From: Verrucomicrobiota bacterium
GTDB lineage: Bacteria > Verrucomicrobiota > Lentisphaeria > Lentisphaerales > Lentisphaeraceae
Assembly: GCA_039798785.1 (NCBI GenBank)
Contig: JBDKFG010000077.1
Location: 1 to 22,424, forward strand
DNA: 22,424 nucleotides
Reading direction: 5' to 3'
Positions 1 to 9,103 of the stretch are shown here, piece after piece (the stretch's first letter is position 1; each line of letters begins with the position of its first letter). The notes under the pieces are model-generated. The model had not been told where the DNA came from and ran no database searches. It saw only the letters and a list, made by a program, of their open reading frames with translations. A program made the position numbers and the translations under genes.

Positions 1-144
1 AGGCGACTTGAGGGTGGCGAGAAGGCCGCCGCTCATCACCGTCAGGCCGGCGGAGTCGTAGCCGCGGTATTCGAGCCGGCGGAGGCCGTTGAGGAGGATT
101 TCGGGTGCCGGCCGGGTGCCGACGTAAGCGACGATTCCGCACAT
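1..144 (-). CDS. glmS: Glutamine--fructose-6-phosphate aminotransferase, 5' part (runs off window)
   Basis: Not in ORF track; my minus-strand translation from the ATG at 144 gives [34 protein letters not shown], the canonical GlmS N-terminus (catalytic Cys, [10 protein letters not shown]). Confidence 0.96.
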   Translation of the reverse strand, partial: MCGIVAYVGTRPAPEILLNGLRRLEYRGYDSAGLTVMSGGLLATLKSP

Positions 145-260
145 GGGGTTGATCCTGGGGTTGGTTTTGGGATATAATGACCTTATAAACGCCCTTGAGC
201 TCGGCAAAAGCGCTCGCGCCGCGAGGCACGGACACAAATTTCAAAAAAAATCGCCGCGGC

Positions 261-291
261 ATGTCATACCCCCCCTTGGCCCTGGAGTCTT
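261..291 (+). promoter_or_regulatory. Candidate ECF-sigma-type promoter upstream of the prepilin gene
   Basis: ATGTCATACCCCCCCTTGGCCCTGGAGTCTT, preceded by an A-tract; aligns without gaps to 7857-7887. Confidence 0.35.
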
Positions 292-429
292 AATTGGTAG
301 AGACAGTGAAGCCCGCAACCCGAAAGGGCAAAGCTCGCCAACCTTCAAACGGAGCCAAGCCTCCGAATCTCAAACTCACGAGCGCGGCCGGCGGACCGGC
401 AAGCTCCCAAAGCTCAAGGAGATCTCGGC

Positions 430-1278
430 ATGAAACATTCAAAATTCACCGTTCTGGAAATGTTGCTGGTGATCTGCGTCGTTGCGATCCTGTTTTCCTT
501 GACATTCCCGGCGTTCCGTCGTTCCATGGAGATGGGGCGTCATGCGGTCTGCGCCAGCAATACCAACCAGATTTATCGGGCATCGGCGATTTATTCGAGT
601 AACAACAAAGGTTTTATACCTTATCTTTTTGATGATACCACTAAAATTTCATTTGACGATCTTTTGTCGGCCTACACAAATCGCCCTTTAAGTGATGCGC
701 AAATGCGACAGGACGGTTATACGGCTGTGATGCGAGGCACCATTTGGAACTGCCCGTCAGACATTAAAGTTTTTAAACTTGCTAGTGCCGTGCGTGCTCA
801 ACCTGAAAACAGGAGGTCATATGGCTATATTTCGTTTAAGTCGTCAAATCAGAGCCCCAGCGACCCAGAGTACGGTAAAATAAAGCATAGTGGGGTGTCT
901 GCTGGCGGATCTTCTGACAATGCGTTTCCTGGAACAATGGGCGCGGCAAAATATGACAAGCCTTGGAGCCAAAGATTGGCGGGATCAGCACCAGCAAGCC
1001 CTTATGATCGTGCTATGGTGCAAGAAAACTGTTCTAACCGCGGGGCACAGCCTGGTGGGCGTACTGGTGCAGAATGTTCCCCGACTAATCTTGACCCAAT
1101 TTCATCAGTAGAGCCAGGTGGGCATCTTAAAGGTGTGAAATATGTTATCACAGTTTTTAAAGATGGGCATTATGAATACACCGGATACGCTCAGTTTAGC
1201 AGTCCATTGCTTAGGTATTCAAATTCGGATGAGAATGCAAAATATTACAATGATGGCTTGAATTATTACGGCCGTTAA
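430..1278 (+). CDS. Prepilin-type N-terminal cleavage/methylation domain protein (DUF1559-like)
   Basis: KFTVLEMLLVICVVAILFSLTFPA (F1..E5 plus hydrophobic helix), CASNTNQI, IWNCPSD and C-terminal H...VFKDGH, all typical of PVC DUF1559 pilin-like proteins. Confidence 0.88.
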   Translation: MKHSKFTVLEMLLVICVVAILFSLTFPAFRRSMEMGRHAVCASNTNQIYRASAIYSSNNKGFIPYLFDDTTKISFDDLLSAYTNRPLSDAQMRQDGYTAVMRGTIWNCPSDIKVFKLASAVRAQPENRRSYGYISFKSSNQSPSDPEYGKIKHSGVSAGGSSDNAFPGTMGAAKYDKPWSQRLAGSAPASPYDRAMVQENCSNRGAQPGGRTGAECSPTNLDPISSVEPGGHLKGVKYVITVFKDGHYEYTGYAQFSSPLLRYSNSDENAKYYNDGLNYYGR

Positions 1279-1299
1279 TTTAAGATAAGGAGTTGATTT

Positions 1300-1983
1300 A
1301 TGTGGTATACACTAATTTTGGTCTTTGGCGCCGCTGCTCTAGTGTGGGATAGAATACGTTCTAACCACCAAAAACAAGGAGCTTTGCGTTTGATGGGCGT
1401 GATTCTTGTGATGATCGCAACAGCCGGATTTGTTTACCATGGATTATGCGCCAGTCTAATAGATGAAAAGGCTTTAAAACGAGAAATTCGCGTATCAGAG
1501 AGAATGCAAACAGCCTTGTTTGAAGGAGCATTGAAAATGGCAAAACAAAAAAAATTATTAAAAGGTAAGGTTCTTGTTATTCATTCGTCGGAAGCGAATG
1601 TGAAAGATGAAGAGTGGGTTGGCGTACAAAATTCATTCAGTGATGATGTCAAACAATGGCGATTCGCAAGTTTGAGTGGACCTAATATCAATGAAAAAGT
1701 GGAGCAGTATTTAGAAATGATCTCTAAGGTGGATCTCATCATTGTGCTTGTTGGCTCTCCAAGTGGAGAGGCCCTTCTTGATACCAAACTTGAGGAAGAA
1801 GGTATTCCCTTGATTTGTTACGGAGGTGAAGCTCAAAATGACTGGATTACATATAAAGAGAGAATTTTAATAGTCGCTGGAATGCATTTTCAAATGAACT
1901 CCGAAAAACTTGAAGATTTGGCGAAGAAAGATCCATCTTTAGACCAGATATTTTCAGCTCTTGGGTCGACTTTTAGCCCTTAA
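1300..1983 (+). CDS. Hypothetical membrane protein (two N-terminal TM helices plus soluble domain)
   Basis: 227-aa ORF with AAGGAG Shine-Dalgarno upstream, two hydrophobic N-terminal segments, AT-rich codons. Confidence 0.75.
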   Translation: MWYTLILVFGAAALVWDRIRSNHQKQGALRLMGVILVMIATAGFVYHGLCASLIDEKALKREIRVSERMQTALFEGALKMAKQKKLLKGKVLVIHSSEANVKDEEWVGVQNSFSDDVKQWRFASLSGPNINEKVEQYLEMISKVDLIIVLVGSPSGEALLDTKLEEEGIPLICYGGEAQNDWITYKERILIVAGMHFQMNSEKLEDLAKKDPSLDQIFSALGSTFSP

Positions 1984-2050
1984 GTTTATCTGATTTCGTT
2001 TATCTTTCTATAATTTTTATCATAAATAAGAAAAGCACAAGGAGTTCTGC

Positions 2051-3664
2051 ATGTTAGATTTGTCTGACAAAATGGTCAAAGGCACTTGCCATCGCAATCT
2101 TGGCGCCGAGGGCTGGCGCGAGCATGAGGAGCAGGATGCGGCTCGAGGCGAGGCGCGGGCCTCAGTGATCAGCGGCGCGAAAATTCAAGGCGACGAGCTG
2201 GTGGTGAAATTCACGTCGAATGGCACGCTTGTGATCGACACTGGCAAATACACCGGGCGTTCGCCGCGCGACAAGTACGTGGTGCATCATGGCGCTGCGG
2301 TGCCGGAAGTGTGGTGGGGCGAGGTCAACCAGGCGATTTCACCCGAGCTCGCGGCAGAGTTGCGTCGTCGGGTCTTCGGCCACCTCGAAGGGCGGAAGCT
2401 TTTTGTCCAGGATGGTTTCGCCGGTGCTTCGGCGGCGCACCGTCTGGCGGTGCGGACGGTGGCTTGCAAGGCCTGGCAGGCGCACTTCATGCACAACATG
2501 TTGATCCGCCCGGACGAAGATGAACTGGCCTCATTTATTCCTGAGCTGAAAATCTACAATGCTGCGGGGCTGGTTCTGGATGACTGGGAAGAGCTGGGCT
2601 TGCGTTCGCCGACCTTCATCGTCCTCGATCTGGAGTCGATGGAGCTGCTGATCGGCGGCACTTGGTACACCGGGGAGATGAAAAAAGGCGTATTCACGGT
2701 GATGAACTGGCTTCTCCCTCGTCGCGGCGTCCTGTCGATGCATTGCTCCGCCAATGTCGGCAAGGACGGTGCCAGTGCCTTGTTCTTCGGGCTTTCGGGG
2801 ACTGGCAAGACGACCTTGAGCGCCGATCCGGAGCGACTGCTGATCGGTGATGACGAGCACGGCTGGGACGAAAACGGCATCTTCAACATCGAAGGCGGTT
2901 GTTATGCCAAGTGCATCAATCTGGACTCGGTGAAGGAACCCGACATCTTCCGGGCGATCCGGCCGGGGGCGATCCTGGAGAACGTCGTCCTGAAGAAAGG
3001 AGAGCCGGACTATGCCGACGGCTCTCGCACCGAGAACACCCGGGTGAGTTATCCGATCGAGCACATTCCCAACATTGTCCGTCCGCATTCGCTTGGCGGG
3101 CATCCCAAGCACATCATCTTCCTGACTTGTGATGCTTTCGGCGTTCTGCCTCCGGTGTCGCGCCTCGAGGAGATTCACGTCCGCCAGTACTTCCTGTCGG
3201 GCTACACCGCCAAGGTGGCGGGAACTGAGCGCGGCGTGACCGAGCCGCAAGCGACCTTTTCGCCCTGTTTTGGCGGTCCCTTCCTGCCGCTGCCGCCGAC
3301 CCGTTATGCCGATTTATTGATTGAGAAGATCAAGAAGCACGGGGCCAAGGTCTGGCTGGTCAACACCGGTTGGAGCGGCGGTCCTTGCGGTGTCGGACAG
3401 CGGATGCCGATTCCATTGACCCGTCGTCTGGTCAGCGCCATCCTTTCCGGCGAGATGGAGAGGGTCGAGTTTGTCGAATCGGCGGCGCTGCATTTGCAAA
3501 TTCCTGTCGCGCTTCCCGGAGTGGAGTCCCGTGTCCTCGAGCCGCGCAACACCTGGTCTGATGCCAGCGCCTACGACGCCGCCGCGGCTCATTTGGCGAA
3601 AATGTTTACAGCCAATGCCTTGGCGACCCAGTCGGGCTGCTTCGGCGTGAGTGGCGGGGGCTGA
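2051..3664 (+). CDS. pckA: Phosphoenolpyruvate carboxykinase (ATP)
   Basis: TGKYTGRSPRDK, YTGEMKKG, SMHCSAN, FFGLSGTGKTTLS (P-loop), LIGDDEHGW, NIEGGCYAK; AAGGAG SD. Confidence 0.98.
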   Translation: MLDLSDKMVKGTCHRNLGAEGWREHEEQDAARGEARASVISGAKIQGDELVVKFTSNGTLVIDTGKYTGRSPRDKYVVHHGAAVPEVWWGEVNQAISPELAAELRRRVFGHLEGRKLFVQDGFAGASAAHRLAVRTVACKAWQAHFMHNMLIRPDEDELASFIPELKIYNAAGLVLDDWEELGLRSPTFIVLDLESMELLIGGTWYTGEMKKGVFTVMNWLLPRRGVLSMHCSANVGKDGASALFFGLSGTGKTTLSADPERLLIGDDEHGWDENGIFNIEGGCYAKCINLDSVKEPDIFRAIRPGAILENVVLKKGEPDYADGSRTENTRVSYPIEHIPNIVRPHSLGGHPKHIIFLTCDAFGVLPPVSRLEEIHVRQYFLSGYTAKVAGTERGVTEPQATFSPCFGGPFLPLPPTRYADLLIEKIKKHGAKVWLVNTGWSGGPCGVGQRMPIPLTRRLVSAILSGEMERVEFVESAALHLQIPVALPGVESRVLEPRNTWSDASAYDAAAAHLAKMFTANALATQSGCFGVSGGG

Positions 3665-3752
3665 GCCCCCGAAATCTTACCCTCCCGCAACAACAACCAG
3701 CAACCTCGTCCTGAAACCACAACCCAGATCACCCCAACCCCAAGGATTGTCC

Positions 3753-4811
3753 ATGAAAATTCTCTTTGCCTCCATTTCTCTTCTCGCCGCGAGCCTGGCT
3801 CTTCATGCCCAGGACGCTGCGCCCAAGCCGGCCCCTGCTCCTGCCGCTGCGGCGGAGAAGCTGGTCTTCGGCTCGCCGGCGCCGGAGATCAAATTCGGCC
3901 AGTTCTACAAAGGCGAGGCGATCACTTCGCTTGCGGCTGATCAGAACTACATTCTCGAGTGCTGGGCAACCTGGTGCGGCCCTTGCAAGGCGGCCTTCCC
4001 TCACGTCAGCGCCATCGCCAAAGCCCTTGATGGCAAGGCGACGGTCATCGGCGTCAACATCTGGGAGCGGAAGAACCCGACCCAGGTGCAGGAATTCGTC
4101 AAAGAGCAGGGCGGGAAGATGAGCTATTCGGTGGCGGCTGACACTGCCGACGGCTGGATCGCCAACAACTGGCTCAAGCCTGCAGGACAAAGGAGCATTC
4201 CTTTCGCTGTAGTCGTTGTCAAGGGCAAGATCGCCTGGTTTGGCCATCCCAACGACCTGGATGGTGAAGTCGCTCTCAGCCTGATCGAGGGTAAAATCAC
4301 CGGCGATGAGATCAAGAAGCGTTCGGACATCGTCGCCGCTCTCCGTCGCGACCGTTTTTCCGAGGCGGAAGCCTTGATCGCCGATCTGAGCAAAGCCAGT
4401 CCCGATGTGGTTAAGATTCTGAATCTGAGCAAGCAGAGCGCCATGCTCGCGTTCAAGAAATCGGTGAAAGCCAATTCCGGGGAAGCCGCCAAGCTTCTCG
4501 TCGCGATGACGGACTGCAATGACTTCATTTCGGCGGGCGAATATCTGGTCAAGCAAGGCAAGATCAGCCCGGAGGACTTTGTCATGATTGATGCGGTCGC
4601 CGCAGAGTTTTACAACAAGTTCGGTGTCGGCCTTGCGCCGGAAAAGGTTTACTGCAGCGTTTTCCGTGCGAAACTGCTGGCGAGCCAGTCGAAGTTCGAA
4701 GAAGCGGCGACCTTCCTCGAAAAAGTCAAGCCCGAGCTCGATCCAGAAGCAGCTTCCTTCATCGATGGAGAGATTAAGAGGCTGCGGGCAAAGTCCGGCG
4801 CTGCTCATTGA
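3753..4811 (+). CDS. Exported TlpA-family thiol:disulfide oxidoreductase with C-terminal helical (TPR-like) domain
   Basis: Start moved to ATG 3753 (AAGGA upstream; signal peptide MKILFASISLLAASLALHA); WATWCGPC active site; SIP cis-Pro loop. Confidence 0.88.
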   Translation: MKILFASISLLAASLALHAQDAAPKPAPAPAAAAEKLVFGSPAPEIKFGQFYKGEAITSLAADQNYILECWATWCGPCKAAFPHVSAIAKALDGKATVIGVNIWERKNPTQVQEFVKEQGGKMSYSVAADTADGWIANNWLKPAGQRSIPFAVVVVKGKIAWFGHPNDLDGEVALSLIEGKITGDEIKKRSDIVAALRRDRFSEAEALIADLSKASPDVVKILNLSKQSAMLAFKKSVKANSGEAAKLLVAMTDCNDFISAGEYLVKQGKISPEDFVMIDAVAAEFYNKFGVGLAPEKVYCSVFRAKLLASQSKFEEAATFLEKVKPELDPEAASFIDGEIKRLRAKSGAAH

Positions 4812-4877
4812 TCTGAATCGCAGGACCTGCATCACTTCACTTGACTTGGAGACTGGTGCAGGTCGATAGCCATCACT

Positions 4878-4905
4878 TGCCGCTGTTGTGCAGCGGCACT
4901 TTGAT
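4878..4905 (+). terminator. Possible intrinsic terminator after the TlpA gene
   Basis: 8-bp stem TGCCGCTG/CAGCGGCA with a 5-nt loop and a weak T-rich tail; a second imperfect hairpin lies at 4824-4864. Confidence 0.35.
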
Positions 4906-5027
4906 TTCAGTGTGTCCCTTGACTTTCCCTATTTTCCTTTCCCTCGCGCCAGGCGCTTGGAATAGTTTTCACGATTCATCCTTCAGCACTTGTGATGGGG
5001 ATGAAAAAAGATTATCCTAGAGGCAAG

Positions 5028-5603
5028 ATGGAACAGACTCACATCACACTTTTGCAGAGACTGCGCAATCAACAGGATGAGAAGTCTTGGGATGAATTTG
5101 CTGCCGCGTACCGGCCTTTCATCCATGCGGTTCTTCGTCGTCTTGGCTTGAATCATCATGATGCCGAGGATCTTAGCCAGGAAGTTTTGCTGAAATCCTG
5201 GAAGGCTTTGCCTGAGTACAAGCACGAAGAATCGAAAGGGCGTTTTCGTGCGTGGCTCAGCCGGATCAGCGTCAACACCTTGCGTTCCTGGGTGCGCCAG
5301 AAGCATACAAAAAGCCGAACCAAACCAGAATCGTTTGAGTGGGCGAGCTGTTCCGATCCGGAACTCGACAATATCGCTGAGCAGGAATGGCAGCTTTACA
5401 TTTCCGATTTGGCTTGGCAGAAGATCAAAGACAATTTTGTTCCTACGGTGCAGCAGAGCTTCCTGCTTTCGATGGAGGGGATCACCGCAGCAGAAATCGC
5501 TCAGCGACTGGGTCTGGCGGTTTCCAGCGTCCGGATCAACAAATACCGGGTGACTGCGGCGATGTGCAAGGAGATCGTACGCCTGGACAGCGAGCTGAGC
5601 TGA
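5028..5603 (+). CDS. ECF sigma-70 factor of the PVC kinase-associated type
   Basis: QTHITLLQRLR..DEKSWDEF, DAEDLSQEV (region 2), GRFRAWL, region-4 HTH AAEIAQRLGLAVSSVRINKYR. Start at 5028 preferred; upstream in-frame starts exist. Confidence 0.92.
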   Translation: MEQTHITLLQRLRNQQDEKSWDEFAAAYRPFIHAVLRRLGLNHHDAEDLSQEVLLKSWKALPEYKHEESKGRFRAWLSRISVNTLRSWVRQKHTKSRTKPESFEWASCSDPELDNIAEQEWQLYISDLAWQKIKDNFVPTVQQSFLLSMEGITAAEIAQRLGLAVSSVRINKYRVTAAMCKEIVRLDSELS

Positions 5604-5711
5604 TTAGGACCTGCCCAGCTCTTTCACCTTCTTCTTCGTTTCTCCTTTGCCAGCTGCTCTACTGCGGTTATTAGGTTGAACCTTCCAACCTTTCAACTGC
5701 GGTTTTTAGGT

Positions 5712-7796
5712 TCAAGGATCAACTTCGACAATCAGATCCTCAGGGAGCTTGGCCCGATAATATTTGAAGAAGATGGACTCCTGCTTCTTGGAGATTTTGA
5801 CAAGTCGGAGCTTGAGACAATGGACCAGGGGATGAAAATCCGTGATCCCGGTGCCACGCAAATCGATCTCTTCCAAGGAAAGACTCAGGGTCGAGGTGGG
5901 CGGGTCGTCATCTCTTCCGCCTTTGGGGCAGAGCTCCTTCAGGCTTTGGATCGGGCAGTCCTGCAGATTGAGAGAGCGCAGGTTCATGCCGTTGAGCTGC
6001 CAGAGTGAGGCGAAGGAGGTGTGGGAGATATCCAGTTCAGTCGCAGGGAAAAACTGCAAGGCGCCAGCCCATTTCAGAGCGGCGTTGTTGGCAAGATCAA
6101 GGCGATTTTCCCGGTAGTCAATTTTCAGATTTTTTAGATCGGGATTGTTTGATTTCAGCATCTTGGTGACCATGGCGAGGCGGGCCTCGGGAGGGTGGTT
6201 GCGCTTGAACCAGGAATAAGTCATTCGACCGAGGATGAATGGGCCATTGCCTTCCTTTTCTTCGCGGCTCATCGGGAGTCTTTGAATGCGCTGATAGAGA
6301 GTCAGCCAATCGGAGAAATCGGGTGTGGTGCCGCGGGGGTATTTGGCTGCGTATTCTTCGGCGCTCAATCGGAGGGCGTTGACGAATGGCGAGCCGGCGG
6401 GACAATGCTTGGCAGCTTCGACGGCATCGTGGAAATCGAGCTGGATGAGGTGCAGGATGGCCTTGAAATTCCAAGCTTCCGGTCGATTGCCGAAGGTGAC
6501 GGCGAGCTCATTGAAATGGGCAGCTTTTTCCAAGTCGAAGAGGGAAGCGGAAGTCTCCGCCCGGGTCTGCCAGGTCTTGGCGGCGTCGCGGGCATAAGCC
6601 AGGCTGCGTTCGGTCTCCTGGCGCAAGGCGATTTCGCGGCTTTCCGCCAGCTTCCTGGCTTCTTGCGCCTGAGCTTCCTTGCGATGCAGGTGGCTGATGA
6701 AGACCAGGGTGATCACGAAGAGGATGAGGCTGGCGCTGCAGATCACCGCGACGGTGCGTTGGTGGCGCTTGATCAGCAGCCAGAGCTGGCGCAGAAAGCC
6801 GGCTTTCTCCGCCGAGGTGGCGAAGCCGTAGCGGTAGGCGTTGAGGTCGCGCTGCAGTTCCTCCACCGAGGCGTAGCGGTTTTCGGGGCGGACGGAAAGG
6901 GCTTTCATGCAGATTGATTCGAGCGCCGACGGGATCAGGAGCCGGTCGCGGTAGCGATCGAGAGGGACCACCAGGCCATGGCGGGTGTTGATCAGCACCT
7001 CTTCGATCGATTCTCCCTGGACCGGCGCATCGAAGCAGAGCAGGCTGTAGAGAATCGCCCCCAGCGCATAGATGTCGCTGCATTCCCCTTTGAAGGTGCG
7101 TGGCCCGCCGGCCTGCTCTGGCGACATGAAGCCTGGCGAGCCCTTGATGTAGCCGTCGCAGGTGGTGTTTCTCAGTTCAAGGCTGGAAAGCGAAGTCTTG
7201 ACCAGTCCCGGATCTTCGCAGACAGAATCCATGACTCGGGCCAGCCCCCAGTCGGAGACCAGGACTTCGCCGTAGCCGCTGACTTGGATGTTCGAGGGCT
7301 TGAGATCGAGATGGATGACGCCGCGGCGGTGGGCGTAGGCCATGGCGTCGCAGATGCGGTTGAAGATCTCCAGCCGGCGTTCCAGGGTGTAGGCTTCAAT
7401 CGTTGCCTTGTCCCCGGCACAGAGAAGCTGCAGGATCGACTCGAGATCGGTTCCTTCCACCAGCTTCATGGTGAAATAGATCTCGCCCTTCTTGGAGCCG
7501 ATCTCGTACACCGGCATGATGTTGGGGTGTTGCAGCTGCGCCGTGATCCGGGCTTCGCGGAGAAACTTCTCGGCGTCGACTTCGGGATGAAGCATCTCCG
7601 CGCGGGCGACAAGGCGGTCGCTGCGCCGGTCGCGGCAGCGGATGACGCGCTTCATGCCGCCCTCCTTGATCAGCTCGTCATCCTCGTAAAACCATTCCGT
7701 CTGCTGCAGCTCATCGGGAATTTCCCCGCAGGCAGGCGCGTCCCGCATCGCCATGGCCTGGCGGTAGAGGGCGTCGAAAGGCGTCTTTTCTGACAT
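5712..7796 (-). CDS. Membrane-anchored Hanks-type Ser/Thr protein kinase with C-terminal LRR-like region; WNK-like lysine placement
   Basis: FLREARITAQLQHPNI, IHLDLKPSNI, SDWGLA, GSPGFMSPEQA, SDIYALG; TM helix VAVICSASLILFVITLVFI; LRR-like ELDISHT, LRSLNLQDCPI, LEEIDLRGTGI. Confidence 0.93.
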   Translation of the reverse strand: MSEKTPFDALYRQAMAMRDAPACGEIPDELQQTEWFYEDDELIKEGGMKRVIRCRDRRSDRLVARAEMLHPEVDAEKFLREARITAQLQHPNIMPVYEIGSKKGEIYFTMKLVEGTDLESILQLLCAGDKATIEAYTLERRLEIFNRICDAMAYAHRRGVIHLDLKPSNIQVSGYGEVLVSDWGLARVMDSVCEDPGLVKTSLSSLELRNTTCDGYIKGSPGFMSPEQAGGPRTFKGECSDIYALGAILYSLLCFDAPVQGESIEEVLINTRHGLVVPLDRYRDRLLIPSALESICMKALSVRPENRYASVEELQRDLNAYRYGFATSAEKAGFLRQLWLLIKRHQRTVAVICSASLILFVITLVFISHLHRKEAQAQEARKLAESREIALRQETERSLAYARDAAKTWQTRAETSASLFDLEKAAHFNELAVTFGNRPEAWNFKAILHLIQLDFHDAVEAAKHCPAGSPFVNALRLSAEEYAAKYPRGTTPDFSDWLTLYQRIQRLPMSREEKEGNGPFILGRMTYSWFKRNHPPEARLAMVTKMLKSNNPDLKNLKIDYRENRLDLANNAALKWAGALQFFPATELDISHTSFASLWQLNGMNLRSLNLQDCPIQSLKELCPKGGRDDDPPTSTLSLSLEEIDLRGTGITDFHPLVHCLKLRLVKISKKQESIFFKYYRAKLPEDLIVEVDP

Positions 7797-7856
7797 GAGC
7801 AGGCATCTCCGGCTTCTGTCCCCAATCTATCGCGACTTGCGAAAAGATGCAGGCGG

Positions 7857-7887
7857 ATGCCTCACCCCCCCCGTTTCGTGGCGTTTT
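7857..7887 (+). promoter_or_regulatory. Candidate ECF-sigma-type promoter upstream of the CAP-TlpA operon
   Basis: ATGCCTCACCCCCCCCGTTTCGTGGCGTTTT with a CGTT -10-like element; ungapped similarity to 261-291. Confidence 0.35.
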
Positions 7888-7927
7888 CCCTAGGACAGCG
7901 TGTCTGCAAACCCCATGGAGCCTAGGT

Positions 7928-9094
7928 ATGAAAACCGCCGCCTGCTTGATCCTTGTCTTCAGCGTCCTCCTGTCCCCGCCGGCGATTTTGCGGGCGGCGC
8001 CGGCGCCGGCCGCTGACGGGCTTCATGTCGAAACCCATGCCAACGGCAAGCCGAAGCTGAAGGAGAGCTACAAAGGCGGCAAACTCGATGGTCTGCGACA
8101 GACTTTTGACGAGAAAGGCGCACTTCTCAGCTCCGAGACTTACCGCGCCGGCCTCAGGCACGGGCCCGCTCTCATCTGCCGAGACGGCAAGCCGCAGCGC
8201 CATCAGACCTGGGTCGAGGATATGCTCGCTTATCCCCAGTCGAAATCCGACATCCAAACTTCTTGGAACGCGATCAAAAGTCTGAAGATCGATGACCAGG
8301 GGCTCGGCTCCGGGCAGGTCGCCGGGCTTCGGCGCCTGATGACGGCGCGGGTCCTCGCCGGCGTGCCTTGGCAGACGCTCCGTCTCGACGCCGAATGGGC
8401 CCGCAAATGCAAGCTGGCCGCCCGCTCCAATGAATTGCTGGGCAAGCTCGATCATTTCCCGACTCGGCCCGCAGGGATGAGCGACGCCGACTTCCAGGAC
8501 GCTTACGAAGCCTGCGGCCATAGCAATCTCCATTGGAATACCGGCAAATGCCACCCCCTCGACCAATGCATCGACGGCTGGCTTCGAGATGACGGCGACA
8601 GCAACAAGGAGCGCCTCGGTCATCGCCGCTGGTGCTTGAGCCAGAACCTCGGCGCCACCGCCTTCGGCGTCAGCGGCGGCTACAGTGCCATGTGGTGCTT
8701 CGACAAGAGCGGCGACCTGGAGACTTATCAGGCACCTGACGCCATCTCCTGGCCGGTGCATGGCTACCATGCCAAGGAATTCGCCTCGCCCGGACTCCTC
8801 TGGCATGTCTCGCTCAATCCGGAGAAATTCAAGCAGCCGGAGACCGGCAAGGTGAAGGTCGAACTGCGCCCAATCAGCGGCGCTTTCACCGGGATCGACA
8901 AGGCCATGAAGGCCGCTCCGCTGCCTCTCGACTGGCTGCATGTCGACAACTCCAAGATCGGCCTATGGAAGAACGCCATCGTCTTCCATCCCAAGAACTT
9001 CACGGTCAAAGGCAGCTACCTGGTGGTCGTCACTGGCTTGACTGACGCCGCCGGCCAGCCGGCCAGCCACCGATACCTGGTCGAATTCTTCTGA
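7928..9094 (+). CDS. Secreted protein with MORN-variant (YwqK-like) repeats and a CAP/SCP-like domain
   Basis: Signal peptide from ATG 7928; HANGKPKLKESYKGGKLDG / DEKGALLSSETYRAGLRHG repeats; ARVLAGV...LDHFP...SNL...GWLRD...LGHRRWCL CAP-like motifs. Confidence 0.75.
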   Translation: MKTAACLILVFSVLLSPPAILRAAPAPAADGLHVETHANGKPKLKESYKGGKLDGLRQTFDEKGALLSSETYRAGLRHGPALICRDGKPQRHQTWVEDMLAYPQSKSDIQTSWNAIKSLKIDDQGLGSGQVAGLRRLMTARVLAGVPWQTLRLDAEWARKCKLAARSNELLGKLDHFPTRPAGMSDADFQDAYEACGHSNLHWNTGKCHPLDQCIDGWLRDDGDSNKERLGHRRWCLSQNLGATAFGVSGGYSAMWCFDKSGDLETYQAPDAISWPVHGYHAKEFASPGLLWHVSLNPEKFKQPETGKVKVELRPISGAFTGIDKAMKAAPLPLDWLHVDNSKIGLWKNAIVFHPKNFTVKGSYLVVVTGLTDAAGQPASHRYLVEFF

Positions 9095-9103
9095 GGCCAA
9101 GCT

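Noticed and set aside
145..430. glmS ribozyme
   Set aside because: I could not identify its conserved core or helices upstream of glmS; an Rfam scan would settle it.
143..433. ORFs 143-433 and 294-602 (+)
   Set aside because: No recognisable motifs; they occupy the divergent glmS/pilin promoter region or overlap the pilin gene out of frame.
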